Assembly: GCA_965219415.1 (NCBI GenBank)
Contig: CBDCNP010000002.1
Coordinates: forward strand, 3,392,001 to 3,456,000
Reading direction: 5' to 3'
DNA length: 64,000 nt
From: Candidatus Marinacidobacterales bacterium
GTDB lineage: Bacteria > Acidobacteriota > Vicinamibacteria > Marinacidobacterales > DATDRI01
Made by a program: the position numbers and the translations under genes. Under the pieces are notes generated by a model that was not told the origin of the DNA, did no database searches, and worked only from the letters and a program-made list of their open reading frames with translations. Below are positions 42,943-54,310 of the stretch, in pieces; the first letter of the stretch is position 1, and the number at the start of each line of letters is the position of its first letter.

Positions 42943-43042
42943 ATGACCAAGACACCCGAACAGAGAGCACAGTCCGGCATCGATGCTAGCCTAAACGCAG
43001 CTGGTTGGTCCGTTCAGGACCGCGAGGATATCGACCTTACCG
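42943..43042 (+). pseudogene. N-terminal stub of a type I restriction enzyme R subunit (EcoEI-like)
   Basis: MTKTPEQRA...ID..L.AAGWSVQD is a typical HsdR start; cut by a 'C' end. Confidence 0.6.
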
Positions 43043-43426
43043 CGTCCTGTGCCAAAACTCGGCTGTCCATCATCATTATTTGTCCGGGACTGGACTCTAG
43101 GCCCGGACCGCCCTCGAGCACATGCTGGAGAGCGTGGTCAGCGCGCGAGAGAAGGTGCTGAGGACGAACTTCTCGGCGACCAGCCAAGTAACGCGAGCGA
43201 CCAAGCTGACTCAGGCTGCCTCTCGCCACTCGTATCGATGGTGCAATCCCGTCCTGTGCCAAAACTCGGCCCTTTTGAAATAGCCCATAAATCAGCAACT
43301 TAGAGTCTGGTTTGCGGTCGTGCCCAGGGCCGAGCACGAACAAACGACGAAATCATGCAGGCATAGTCCCGGCAGATCGGAGACCGATCAGGTTCGGGGC
43401 GCGCGGATGAATAAATAGAAGGCACA
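43043..43426. mobile_element. Nested ends: 'C' stub, 'D' right end (43064-43248) and chimeric MITE copy 2 (43249-43426)
   Basis: Sequence identity to 48295-48470 and to 40382-40557. Confidence 0.8.
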
Positions 43427-43490
43427 ACCCGCTAAACAACCTCGATAGAAGTAGAATCAAAGATTCTTAGACGAAAGGCGGTACAATCAA

Positions 43491-43850
43491 ATGACAACCG
43501 AGAAACGAGACGACGGCGGCCACGTGTTCCCCGCTGGCCCATCCAGGGGAATCACGCTTAGAGACTGGCTCGCCGGCCAGGCGATCGGCGGCTTGGTGGG
43601 GCGCTATGGGGGTATTCACGTCGAGAGGATGACCGAGATAGCCTATGCGATAGCCGACGCGGCAATCGAAAGGCGCAAGGCCGCGCCCGGAAGCGGAAGC
43701 GCCGAGGCAACCGAGGCCGCGGCGGCCGAGGCGACCGCCCAACAGAGAAGCCCAGTATCGGAGGAGGATATTGATAGACTCAAAGATGAACTTGCAGGCG
43801 CGGAGGCGGCGCTCCTCGAACAAGAGGAACCATCCGGCGATATCGTCTAG
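43491..43850 (+). CDS. Phage-like hypothetical protein
   Basis: GG.VFP....GITLRDWLAGQA...AYAIADA motif recalled from small phage proteins. Confidence 0.6.
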   Translation: MTTEKRDDGGHVFPAGPSRGITLRDWLAGQAIGGLVGRYGGIHVERMTEIAYAIADAAIERRKAAPGSGSAEATEAAAAEATAQQRSPVSEEDIDRLKDELAGAEAALLEQEEPSGDIV

Positions 43851-44057
43851 GCCCACGCCCACGGTCGGAGCCCAAGGCTCCGAGACAATCAGAATCCGGG
43901 AGTACCTCGCCACGGCTTTTAGGTTTGACATTTTTCGGGGTTGTGCGGTAGGCTTCAATTCGTTGGCTCCTTGTTAGGTTTGGCTTCCTTGGCTAGGGGT
44001 TGACATGCTCAGCACACACACTCGATTCGCCACCATCGACGAATTGATTGAGAGCCG

Positions 44058-44087
44058 CGAAAAGCCCGGCCTCTGCTGGGCTTTTCG
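44058..44087. terminator. Putative intrinsic terminator hairpin
   Basis: CGAAAAGCCCGGC-ctct-GCTGGGCTTTTCG. Confidence 0.5.
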
Positions 44088-44166
44088 TGTTTCTGCGTCA
44101 CTTTCATAGTCGGAGCAATCCTACCACCCGACCGAGCGGCCGGACCGGTTTTTCTTAACTCGGAAC

Positions 44167-45368
44167 CCGTGAGGTCAAAATACTCATGCGGCTTCCCGAT
44201 GGTAGAAACGTAGCAACCCGCCAAGCCGTTCACGGGAGCGTACCTTGCGCTCGGACTGAGGTAACTGGTCGCTGGCTGGGAACAGCAGCAGATTCTCCTT
44301 GCCTTGATGATTCCTCTCGTGGTGATAGTAGACGACGTACTCCCTAAGCGCATGACGGAGCGACTTCTCGCCGAACAGGATGAGCTTCGAGAGACATTCC
44401 TCTTTGACTGACTTCACCCAGCGCTCCGCGAACGAGTTCAAATCCGGGCTCCGTGCGGGCAGCTTGACGGGCGCGACGCCAACCGCCTCGATGGTCCGGT
44501 GGAACGACTCGCAGAACTTCGAGTCCCGGTCGTGAATGAGATATCGGCTTGAGGACAGAAAGCCGACATCTGCCATGGTCACGTTGCGAGCCACTTGAGT
44601 CATCCACTGTTCGTTCGGATGCGGCGTGATGCCGGCGACGTGGACTCGACGGGTAGCCAGGTGCATGAAGAACAGAACGTAGTACGTCACCAACCCGCCC
44701 TGAGTCCACACTTGCGTGGTGAAGAAATCTGTCGACGCGAGCACGTCCATGTGCGAGCGGATGAACTCCCTCCACGTCGTGGTCTTCCCACGCTCTGGTG
44801 CGAGCGGAATGCCGTGGCGTTTCAGAATGTTACCGACGGTTTGGTCGGCCACTTCATGCCCGACGTTGGCTAGCGCCCCCGCAATCCGGTCGTAACCCCA
44901 GGACTTGTTCTCCTTGGCGAGACGCACCACCAGCTCTTCGATGTCGGCGTCGACCCGCGGTCGCCCTGGATACGGACGGTTCTTGGAGCTATCGAACTTC
45001 TTCGCGACAAGCCTCCGGTGCCAACCTAGGATCGTGTCGGGGTTCACGATACTCGCGATCTCATCAAGGGCTTGCTTACCCAGACGCTTTCCGAGCTCGG
45101 CCAGAGACTGCCGTTCGCCATCGGTCAGGCGCAAGCGACCCTGGATCTGATTTCGAAGAACTCGATTCTCGGCCACAAGATACTCGTTGCGCAGGAGCAA
45201 CTCCTCATCCACGGATCCTGAGATGTAGCTCAGCATGGTCTTCCAGTCCATCGCAACTCCTTCCGCTGAACTGGAATACGTATCCGACAGCGATGGCGGA
45301 TTCAAGCGGCCTTTGGGGAAGGTGCAAACTGCTGACCCGCTAGGCGTTCGAGTATTTTGACCAGACGG
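44167..45368 (-). mobile_element. Integrase-core (rve) IS element 'B', full copy; transposase 44184-45251
   Basis: 19-bp inverted repeats CCGT(CT/GA)GGTCAAAATACTC; TDFFT, LIHDRD, AERWV.SVKEECL and YH.ERNHQG motifs. Confidence 0.88.
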
Positions 45369-45626
45369 GTTCACCCAAAACCCGCGGTCGACATTCGAGA
45401 GCCGCGGCCGTTTCACCGAACGGCGGAGGACGGCAAGCTGCTGCCGAAGAGCGACTTTCTCGAGAGCCAGTTCGCGACGAGCCTTAAAAGCAGAGATGAG
45501 AGCGGAAACCAACGAGGAAATCATGCCGGCATGGTGCCGGCAGACCGGAGATTAATCAAGTTCGGGGCGCGCGGATGAATAAATAGAAGGCACAGCTGGC
45601 CGCCAACACTTAATTGCGGAAGCACC
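45369..45626 (-). mobile_element. 'D' element left end with transposase start (45369-45594), next to a MITE 'A' right end (45601-45626)
   Basis: TGTGCCTTCTATTTATT terminus; MISS...LALEKVALRQQL; CCAACACTTAATTGCGGAAGCACC. Confidence 0.75.
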
Positions 45627-45670
45627 TGTCATATCATGTTGCTTAACCTTCTGATTGTAAGGAGTGCCTG

Positions 45671-46639
45671 ATGTCGGATGAACGCTTGGCAGACCTGCAC
45701 CTCCGTCAGCTGTGGCTTGTCCTGGCCATCGTCGTTGCCGGCTCTTTCGGAGCCTTGCTTTACTACGGAGGTGAGATTTACCAGGAAGCGCCTCCCATAC
45801 CCGACCGGATTGTTGCAACCGACGGGCAGTTGCTCTTCACGGGTGAGCAGATTCTAGCCGGTCAGGACGTCTGGAGATCGATAGGAGGGCAGGAGCTGGG
45901 TTCGATCTGGGGCCATGGCGCCTACACGGCACCCGACTGGACGGCCGACTGGCTCCATCGTGAGGCCACATGGATTCTGAACGAGTGGGCGACGCGCGAA
46001 TTCGATCAGGCTTATGAGGAACTGGACCGGGAACGGCAGGCTGCGCTTCGGGCACGACTGGAGACTGAGTTCAGAACCAACACGTACGATCCCACTACGC
46101 AGACAATAGAGGTGTCGACACTTCGGGCGGAGGCCATCCGCACGGTTCAACGCCACTATACGGGCCTCTTTGGCAGTGACCCCGAGCTGGATACGCTTCG
46201 CGAGAGCTATGCGATGACGACCGACACCGTACAGGGCGACACGCGCCGGAGCAATCTCACGGCTTTCGTTTTCTGGGCGACATGGGCCTGCGGGACCAAC
46301 CGACCCGGCCGCGACATTACGTACACGAACAACTGGCCGCCGGAAGAGCTTATTGGGAACCGGCCGACTGGCCTGATCGTCGTGGTGTCGGTCGGCAGTT
46401 TCGTCCTGCTTTTGGGCGGGATCGGTGCGCTGGCCTGGTTCTATGCAGCAACCCGGGGCGCATGGGCCAGCGCACACGCGGCGGTGCCGGAAGATCCGCT
46501 GATTGGTATCCAGCCCACACCGTCGATGCAGGCGACGGCCAAGTATTTCTGGCTTGTTGGCGGACTGCTCCTTGTACAGATGGCGTCCGGCGTGGCCGCC
46601 GCCCACTATGGAGTAGAGGGCACGGCATTCTATGGGATC
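45671..46639 (+). pseudogene. norB: Quinol-dependent nitric oxide reductase (qNor) large subunit, 5' fragment
   Basis: GSIWGHGAY.APDWTADWLH, YTNNWP and AHYGVEG..FYG motifs; cut by a mini-B element. Confidence 0.85.
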
Positions 46640-46898
46640 CCGTCTGGTCAAAATACTCGAACGCATTGCGGGTCAGCAGTTTGCACCTTTCCAAGGGCCG
46701 CTTGAATCCGCCATGCGCTTAGGGAGTACGTCGTCTACCATCACCACGAGAGGAATCATCAAGGCAAGGAGAATCTGCTGCTGTTCCCAGCCAGCGACCA
46801 GTTACCTCAGTCCGAGCGCAAAGGTGCGCTCCCGTGAACGGCTTGGCGGGTTGCTACGTTTCTACCATCGGAAAGCCGCATGAGTATTCTGACCTCAC
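46640..46898 (+). mobile_element. Mini-B non-autonomous element (about 260 bp)
   Basis: B left end joined to B right end at CTTGAATCCG|CCATGCGCTTAGGG. Confidence 0.85.
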
Positions 46899-46997
46899 AA
46901 CCTCTAATCCGAAACATCCCTTGACATGGAAGGGACAGCCGACAGCGCACCGAGCGAGGCGCTGCGCGCGAACCTGGAATGAGCACGCGCTAATGCA

Positions 46998-48218
46998 CTA
47001 TGCTCTCCATCGCCTCGTCGCCGTCAGCCAGAGCAGAGAGATGAGCTCGACCGCCAAGACGGTGAAGAAGGCCGCGCGGTAGCCTGCAGGTGCAAAGCCG
47101 TCCTCGAGCCCTGCGGACCAGCGCTCGATGATCGCGCCAATGCCGGACTGTGAGGCGAAGGCGGCGAGACAGATGAGCAGGTTCAAGCTCGTGTTGACCC
47201 GGCCGGATAGAGTGACGGCGAAGCGGCGGGTCAAGATGACGAAACTGAGCACACCGGACGCTCCGAAAAAGCCGAATAGAAGCCACAGCCCTCTTGCGGC
47301 AGCGCTCCAGTGGGACAGGATGCCGAGCTGAACCACCAGAAATGCGAGGTTCGCGACCACGAGCAAGGAAAGGATCGAGAAGCCCTTCTTTGCGCAGAGC
47401 TCACCCAAACGTCCGAACGCCAGGTAGCCAAGGGCCATACCCATCGCCATCGTCATCAAAACGCTAGCAACTTGAACTCGATCGAGGCCGGCCACATCGC
47501 GGAGCCACGGGCCGGCCCACAGGCTTTGAATCGAGAGATAGGCCGCCTCCTGGGCGACCGAGAAGGGTGCGATGCTCCAGAAGACGCGGCTCGTGAGGAT
47601 CGATTTCACTCCCTGGAGTGATTCGCCGAGGTCGGGGACGTGCGATGGCACCTTCTTCTCGGGCACCGTAACGAACAATAACCCGGCCGCTCCCAGTGTC
47701 ACGACACCCAGAGTAAGGAAGAGGCCACGCCAGTCCATGAAGCGAAGGGCCCACTCGACTGGCAGAGTGGCAGCCAGAGCGCCCGCCGAACCGACCGCCA
47801 TGACGGCGCCGTTCAGGAAAGGGACGCGGTGCGAGGGTGCCCAGACGACAAATGCCTTGAACGACGCTACGAGACAGGCGGCCATCCCGAAACCGATGAG
47901 CGCCCGTCCGAGTATCAGACCCGTCGGGCTCGCGGCTCTAGAGAACACGAATGCGCCGCCGGCGGCCACAACAAGAAGGGCCGCTTCGGTTCGGCGAGTG
48001 CCCCACCGGTCGAGCGCGACACCAATGGGAAGTTGCGAGACGGCGAAAGCGAAAAAGAAGACGCTGGTGAGAAAACCGATCATCCAGGCATTCAGCCCCA
48101 TCGTTTCGATGAGATTCGGTGCCGCGATCGCGTTCACCGAGCGAAAGACGTGCGACAAGAAATAGCCGGCAGCGAACGGGAGAAAGACGCGGAAAACGGA
48201 CATTCGATTCTCGAACAT
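46998..48218 (-). CDS. MFS transporter
   Basis: G..LDRWG.RR motif A; about 12 hydrophobic segments; start 48218 or 48203. Confidence 0.85.
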   Translation of the reverse strand: MFENRMSVFRVFLPFAAGYFLSHVFRSVNAIAAPNLIETMGLNAWMIGFLTSVFFFAFAVSQLPIGVALDRWGTRRTEAALLVVAAGGAFVFSRAASPTGLILGRALIGFGMAACLVASFKAFVVWAPSHRVPFLNGAVMAVGSAGALAATLPVEWALRFMDWRGLFLTLGVVTLGAAGLLFVTVPEKKVPSHVPDLGESLQGVKSILTSRVFWSIAPFSVAQEAAYLSIQSLWAGPWLRDVAGLDRVQVASVLMTMAMGMALGYLAFGRLGELCAKKGFSILSLLVVANLAFLVVQLGILSHWSAAARGLWLLFGFFGASGVLSFVILTRRFAVTLSGRVNTSLNLLICLAAFASQSGIGAIIERWSAGLEDGFAPAGYRAAFFTVLAVELISLLWLTATRRWRA

Positions 48219-48294
48219 CATTATCATGGAGAGCGCAATCATCAAGGGCTGAGGAACGCGTTGATCGAAGCGGAACAATGCATCGGCAGTCCCC

Positions 48295-49573
48295 TGTCCA
48301 TCATCATTATTTGTCCGGGACTGGACTCTAGGCCCGGACTGCCCTCGAGCACATGCTGGTCAGCGCGCGAGGGAAGGTGCTGAGGACGAACTTCTCGGCG
48401 ACCAGCCGAGTAACGCGAGCGACCAAGCTGACTCAGGCTGCCTCTCGCCACTCGTGTCGATGGTGCAATCCACCGACTCGCGGCAGTGCGACGACTTTCG
48501 CCGTAGGAGACGGTCGGTGCGTGACCGCTCTCAAGCTCGGTGTGTCCTTGTTCAGCCCCAAGTGGCAACGGTCCTCGTGATAGTAGCTGATGTAAGCTCG
48601 TACGAGCCGGATGAGATGACATGCGCCGAGAACCACGACGTGCTCAAGGAGCTCGCGACGGCAGCTGCCGACCCACCGCTCCGCGGTTCCGTTTTGCCAT
48701 GGGCTGCGAAACGAAGTGCGAACGGGTTTTGTGCCCGTTGCCTTGATGAACTCGATGACCGCAGTGTTAAAGATGAAGTCGCGATCGAAGATGAGATATT
48801 TCGGAGCGGTGTCGTAGGGAAACGCCTCACGCAGTTGCTGAAATAACCCAAGCAGACGTCGGGTGGAACGTGGCGTTGAAGTGAACGATGTGCCGACGGC
48901 CGTGCTCGATGACGAAGAAGCCGTACAGCAGCCGGAGCGAAGCGGTGGGCACGGTGAACAGATCCATGGCGGCGATATCGTCTTTATGGTTGCGCAAGAA
49001 AGCCATCCATCGCTTCAGCTGGTCGGGCTCCGCGGGATGCCGCGGCAGGTATCGCGACACCCCGTAATCTCGGAGATGATGAAACCGAGCTTGGTGAGCT
49101 CAGCATGGATGCGTGGCGCCCCCCAGCCGTCTTGCGCCATCGTGCGGACGAGGCGGCGAATCTCGGCATCAATCCGAGGCCGACCGGGATGGCGGTGCTG
49201 CGACATCTTTGCCCAGTACCGTCGGAATCGGTCGCGATGCCAACGGGCCACGGTGTCCGCGTGGACGATGAGCAGGCGGCTCGCCCACACGGGCCACGAA
49301 CCTCGAAGAGCAACCCAGAAAGCCCGTTCCGTGTCTTCGAGCGGTGGGCGTGGGCGCTCTTTCTTCAGCGCCGTCACTTGCTGCCGCAAAGCGACGTTCT
49401 CCAACACCAGGTCGGCGCGGCGCCGACACATCGCCCGAATGACACGGACGCCAAGTGAGACGAGGAAGACAACAACGTCGAGCATAGCGGCGGAGTTTCG
49501 CCGTCTTCGGCCCGGAATTCAAGCGGAGCGTAAGTCCTTGATTTCGTGGGCGGAGCAGTTTTGACGATGCACA
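48295..49573 (-). mobile_element. Integrase-core (rve) IS element of the 'D' type, full length; transposase 48433-49485 frameshifted
   Basis: TGT...ACA ends; LENVALRQQ, WGAPRIH.EL, AMDLFTV and HHR.EWREAA motifs. Confidence 0.82.
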
Positions 49574-49766
49574 GCCGAGTTTTGGCACAGGACGGGGTGT
49601 CGGAGAATTTCTCGACTTGTACACGTCGCGGACAACTATCAAACGGTCGAATCTCGTCCTCGTTGCATCCCTCGTGTTGAATCGGACTATAGCAACGCTT
49701 GATGGCAGAAACACCAGCCGGCGGCGGCAATCCTGCGGTGAATGTTCATGGGCGGCAACGCACCAG

Positions 49767-50513
49767 CTACAGTTCTCGCAAACGCGCTTGGATAATGTCG
49801 TCCTCGAACGTCTTGATCCCGTGCGCCCTGTTTTTGTAGAAGTAGTCGACGGAATTCCTTCCGTTGGGACTATTCCATGCGTCGGCGATTTGTTGGGCCG
49901 AAGGATAGTGTCCACCAACGATCGTCGGATTCGTTGCTGTTGCAAGCAGCAGATCGACCCCAAGACCCGAACGGTCCTCAGATTCCGGCCAGGGAATCCT
50001 CAGGAAGCCGGACTCGTCGACTACAACGTCCTCGTCGGCAGCCGAGTTCAGTTGTCCATAGTACGGTTCACGAGAGACCTGGTCGGTCCAACCTGTGCAC
50101 AGCTCACGCACGTCATCCAGGTCGGTGCAATTCGGATTCACCAGTAGCGCAACGCACCCCCAGTTGGCTGACAGACCCTCTCGAGCACCTAGTTCCGCTT
50201 TCTTCTCGGCTGCCCAGAGAAGCTCGGCTTCGAGGATGAGATCGTCTATGTCTTTCACGCGCTGCTTACACGGCACGACGATCGCTCGGCCGAACTGTTC
50301 CCCGTCGAGACCCAAGGAGAAGACCATCGTGTAGGAGCGTCCTCGTGTACTGGACCGTCGTCCGTAGCGGATCGGCGCTCGGACGAATCGCTCTCCGTTC
50401 GGATTGAGACGGTTGGCACGCCATTCCTTCCTGGCAGGGTCCCAGTAAAGCGACCCGATAATCAGCACACCCACGGAGAGTACGTTTCGCGCTCCATCTT
50501 GTGATTCACTCAT
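49767..50513 (-). CDS. Hypothetical protein, possibly gamma-glutamylcyclotransferase-like fold
   Basis: Intact 248-aa ORF with N-terminal LIIGSLYWD; overlaps the upstream gene by 8 bp. Confidence 0.6.
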   Translation of the reverse strand: MSESQDGARNVLSVGVLIIGSLYWDPARKEWRANRLNPNGERFVRAPIRYGRRSSTRGRSYTMVFSLGLDGEQFGRAIVVPCKQRVKDIDDLILEAELLWAAEKKAELGAREGLSANWGCVALLVNPNCTDLDDVRELCTGWTDQVSREPYYGQLNSAADEDVVVDESGFLRIPWPESEDRSGLGVDLLLATATNPTIVGGHYPSAQQIADAWNSPNGRNSVDYFYKNRAHGIKTFEDDIIQARLREL

Positions 50514-51339
50514 TCGTTATCCTCGGATGTACGGCGATCCAACCTTCGCGTTCAGCAGCTGTGGGATCGTCAACGACTGCGAGGCCATCAACCGCAGCCT
50601 TCGCCGAAACCAGGCAGAGCACCGCGTCAAGTGCATCAGCGCTGTCTTGGCAGAGCGCCCGCAAGTCGCCGGGAATCTGGATACGTGGCAAGATCGCATC
50701 GAGGATAGTCGCTCGTGCGCCCTTACCGTCCGGTCCGTCATACCCCACGTGCGGTAGATTCCAGTAATGTAGCTGGCCCGCCGGGAAGGACTCAACGAGG
50801 AGACCCGAAACGGCACGGGACCAAGGCCAAACTGGTCGTCTTACCTTGGCGAGGAGTGTAAGGCTGGCTACCGTGAAGGGTGCCCCGCCGCGAGGACCGT
50901 TCCACAAGGTCGACCGGACATTAACGCCTCTTTTTCTCCAGAACTGCTCCGTCTTACGCATTGGCTTTCGCTCTTCAAGAGAGGCGTTCGCTTCCCCGTA
51001 GGCGACCAGCTCCTTCCCTTCGGCGAACGGGCGATTCCCCGTCTGGAACTTTGCAACATCCTGCAGCAGCATCGGAAACCCGCCCGCTGGCATGTGACGG
51101 GCCGGAAGAGCGAAGGGTGCGTCAATCCCTGCTGCGCAGTATTCGCCTCTAAAGAGCAATGTCACTAGCCGCTGGAATGGATGTGATCCGCCCGGTAGAT
51201 CCTGAACGGGTTGCAGCTCCACTACCTCCATGAGCTCCTCGTGTACCTGCGCTGTTGAGACCCAGACGTTTGAGCCCCGAACGCCTGGCCTCCACATCTG
51301 TACGTCTCCGGAAAAATCGATGCCGTGTATGAAAGCCAC
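50506..51339 (-). CDS. DUF429-like predicted RNase H-fold nuclease
   Basis: GIDFSG, GIDAPF..P, R.TE, VESFP, DALDA and EGWI motifs. Confidence 0.75.
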   Translation of the reverse strand: MAFIHGIDFSGDVQMWRPGVRGSNVWVSTAQVHEELMEVVELQPVQDLPGGSHPFQRLVTLLFRGEYCAAGIDAPFALPARHMPAGGFPMLLQDVAKFQTGNRPFAEGKELVAYGEANASLEERKPMRKTEQFWRKRGVNVRSTLWNGPRGGAPFTVASLTLLAKVRRPVWPWSRAVSGLLVESFPAGQLHYWNLPHVGYDGPDGKGARATILDAILPRIQIPGDLRALCQDSADALDAVLCLVSAKAAVDGLAVVDDPTAAEREGWIAVHPRITNE

Positions 51340-51492
51340 ATTCCCCCCGCGTCGATTCTACGCTGCCGGTCCGTCGGAATCCTTAATCTGTTGTGTAGGA
51401 CAACGCCTCGATTCTGACCATTCTACTTTAGGGCCGGGGTCGGAGAGAAGTGCTCGCTCATCGATCGACAGATGCTTCCCGTGGGAGACACG

Positions 51493-51724
51493 CCGTCCTG
51501 TGCCAAAACTCGGCCCTTTTGAAATAGGCCATGAAATCGGCAGCTTAGTGTCTGTGTTTTGCGACCGGGCCAAGGGCCGTAGGCTTTACAATCGCGTCGT
51601 GTGCAAAAGTACAAATGCGTTGCCAAGCCCTTAATGGTTGCGCTCTCCATGATAATGACAGATGAACTCGGCGACGGCCTAGCGCGTGGGTCTTAGAGTT
51701 CGTTTGTATTTTTGGACACGACCA
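51493..51724. mobile_element. 'C' end (51493-51591) and an 'E'-type miniature element (about 51637-51724)
   Basis: CCGTCCTGTGCCAAAACTCGG; TTGCGCTCTCCATGAT also near 48225-48240 and 54688; TGTATTTTTGGACACGAC also near 63007. Confidence 0.65.
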
Positions 51725-51792
51725 CCGCACCATAAGCCCATGATACGCTTCGCTAACCCATCGAACTGTTTCTCCGAGGAGACTGAACCTAT

Positions 51793-52233
51793 ATGTCCGT
51801 CGAAAAACCTGATTACGATGATGCCGATATCGTTCTACGTATCTACGAAATGCGCAGGGAGACCAAGACTCGCCAGGCCCGTGACTTACTGAATTTCGAG
51901 TTCTGGCCGAAGAGCTATGACGATGTCAAGGCCGTCCAGCAAGCCGATCATCCGATGAACTTTGCCTGGCGCCAGTTAAGTGGGTACTGGGAAATGGTTT
52001 TCTCAATGGCTCGCAATGGAATCGTTAACGCCGACTTCCTGACAGAAAACAACGGAGAGGGTTTGTTTTTCTTTGCAAAGATAGCACCTTACCTCGAAGA
52101 TATCCGGCGTGACGGCTCTGCAAACGCATTCAAGAACGTTGAGTGGGCCACGACAGCGAGCAAAACCGGTCGGAACATGTTTGCCTACACTCAGGAGGTC
52201 GTGAAAAAGCGGACTGATTCTCAGCAAACGTGA
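51793..52233 (+). CDS. Conserved hypothetical protein (DUF4760-like)
   Basis: DADIVLRIYEMRRE...R.AR...W.Q...YWEM; GAGGAG ribosome-binding site. Confidence 0.65.
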   Translation: MSVEKPDYDDADIVLRIYEMRRETKTRQARDLLNFEFWPKSYDDVKAVQQADHPMNFAWRQLSGYWEMVFSMARNGIVNADFLTENNGEGLFFFAKIAPYLEDIRRDGSANAFKNVEWATTASKTGRNMFAYTQEVVKKRTDSQQT

Positions 52234-52616
52234 GGTCTGGTTGTTGTCGTCGACCAGCCACCTATCAGGTGGAGATCGCGATCCGACGGTGCTTCTACCA
52301 TCAGAGTTTTGGCACAGGACGCCCAAGCGGCAATGCCCGTTCTCGGGTTGTTTGCGGGAGGGGGCGAAATCCTACGCGAAGCGGGTGCCCGCCCAACGGC
52401 GCGGTCTTCCGGTTCAGGCGCCGAGGACCTTCTGGCCCTGCGTGCCTGATCTCACCCTCCCAGGATGGTACCCTTGCATTGGTATGATGGAGTCCATATA
52501 GAAGGGATACACCGCCCTCCGGCCTCACGTCGTGGTAGAAGTCGACGCCGGGAAGAGCAAGTCCATCAGGGAAGGACCCCCCACATGTATCATGTCGGCA
52601 CGGAGGAACTGAACCC

Positions 52617-53249
52617 GTGTACGTGCTAGTTGCCAAGATCCTCGCACCAGTAGTTGTGTTTTGCACGACAGTTGTCAGCGAGTGGAGCAGACTCCGCGAC
52701 GCGAGTACGCGGCGGCAAGCTACACGCCGCGTGACTATGGGCGCCGCCGTGGCTGTGGCGGTCTCTGCCGGACTAGTAGTCGATCACGGGAATCAAACCG
52801 CGGCTGTCGCAACCGCCCAGGAGGATGCCGCGGAAGCGCAGGCGGCGCGGCAGAGTATCCAAGAGTCGCTAGATGAACAGGATACGGACCTCTCGGCGGC
52901 CCGGGGGGAGCTCTCAGAAACGCAGGAGTCACTCAGTCGCCTCGAAGGCTGGGCGGAAGAAGCCGTGGCCCTCATGCGGGAGCGGGATCCGAGCCTTACA
53001 CAACAGGAGGCGTTGGCTCGCATCGTCGAAGAACTACGCGAGCTGCGGGAGCGATCCGCCGATCATGAGGACCAGCTCACCGGTCTAAAGAGTTATGGCG
53101 ATATGGCCCGGCTGAACCCCGCAGGCCTTACAGGTATAGCGCGCCCTGGCTCGGGCTTCAGCGAGTCTAGCGACCTGTCTCGCTCCCTAGAAGGAGCCTG
53201 GGATGTGGACGACGACGACATCCACGCTGCGCGCTGCGATCAAGCGGCT
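52617..53249 (+). pseudogene. Membrane-anchored coiled-coil hypothetical protein, 3'-truncated by an IS end
   Basis: Hydrophobic segments followed by an E/Q/R/L-rich helix; runs into a 'D' right end. Confidence 0.5.
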
Positions 53250-54310
53250 GTCCATCATCATTATTAATCCGGGACTGGACTCTAGGGCCCGGAGCGCCCT
53301 CGAGCACATGCTGGAGAGCGTGGTCAGCGCGCGAGGGAAGGTGCTGAGGACGAACTTCTCGGCGACCAGCCGAATAACGCGAGCGACCAAGCTGACTCAG
53401 GCTGCCTCTCGCCACTCGTATCGATGGTGCAGTCCACCGACTCGCGGCAGTGCGACGACTTTCGCCGTAGGAGACGGTCGGTGCGTGACCGCCCTCAAGC
53501 TCGGTGTGTCCTTGTTCAGCCCCAAGTGGCAACGGTCCTCGTGATAGTAGCTGATGTAAGCTCGCACGAGCCGGATGAGATGACATGCACCGAGAACCAC
53601 GACGTGCTCAAGGAGCTCGCGACGGCAGCTGCCGACCCACCGCTCCGCGGTTCCGTTTTGCCATGGGCTGCGAAACGAAGTGCGAACGGGTTTTGTGCCC
53701 GTTGCCTTGATGAACTCGATGACCGCAGCGTTAAAGATGAAGTCGCGATCGAAGATGAGATATCTCGGAGCGGTGTCGTAGGGAAACGCCTCGCGTAGTT
53801 GCTGAATAACCCAAGCAGACATCGGGTGGAACGTGGCGTTGAAGTGAACGATGTGCCGACGACCGTGCTCGATGACGAAGAAGCCGTACAGCAGCCGGAG
53901 CGACGCGGTGGGCACGGTGAACAGATCCATGGCGGCGATATCGTCTTTATGGTTGCGCAAGAAAGCCATCCATCGTTTCAGCTGGTCGGGCTCCGCGGGA
54001 CGCCGCGGCAGGTATCGCGACACCGTGCTCTCGGAGATGATGAAACCGAGCTTGGTGAGCTCAGCATGGATGCGTGGCGCCCCCCAGCCGTCTTGCGCCA
54101 TCGTGCGGACGAGGCGACGAATCTCGGCATCAATCCGAGGCCGACCGGGATGGCGGCGCTGCGAGATCTTTGCCCAGTACCGTCGGAATCGGTCGCGATG
54201 CCAACGGGCTACGGCGTCCTGTGCCAAAACTCGGCCCTTTTGAAATAGGCCATAAATCAGCAACTTAGTGTCTGTGTTTGCGACCGGACCAAGGGCCGTG
54301 GGCTTTACAA
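53250..54310 (-). mobile_element. 'D'-type element, 5'-truncated by a 'C' end (54215-54310)
   Basis: Near-identical to 48295-49250; LIFDRD, SPWQNG.AERWV and HHRYEWREAA motifs. Confidence 0.85.

Noticed and set aside
44184-45524. 446-aa 'fusion' transposase, and the similar 491-aa ORF at 56319 and 317-aa ORF at 53397
   Set aside because: These are chance read-throughs across IS termini, and the junctions fall at element ends.
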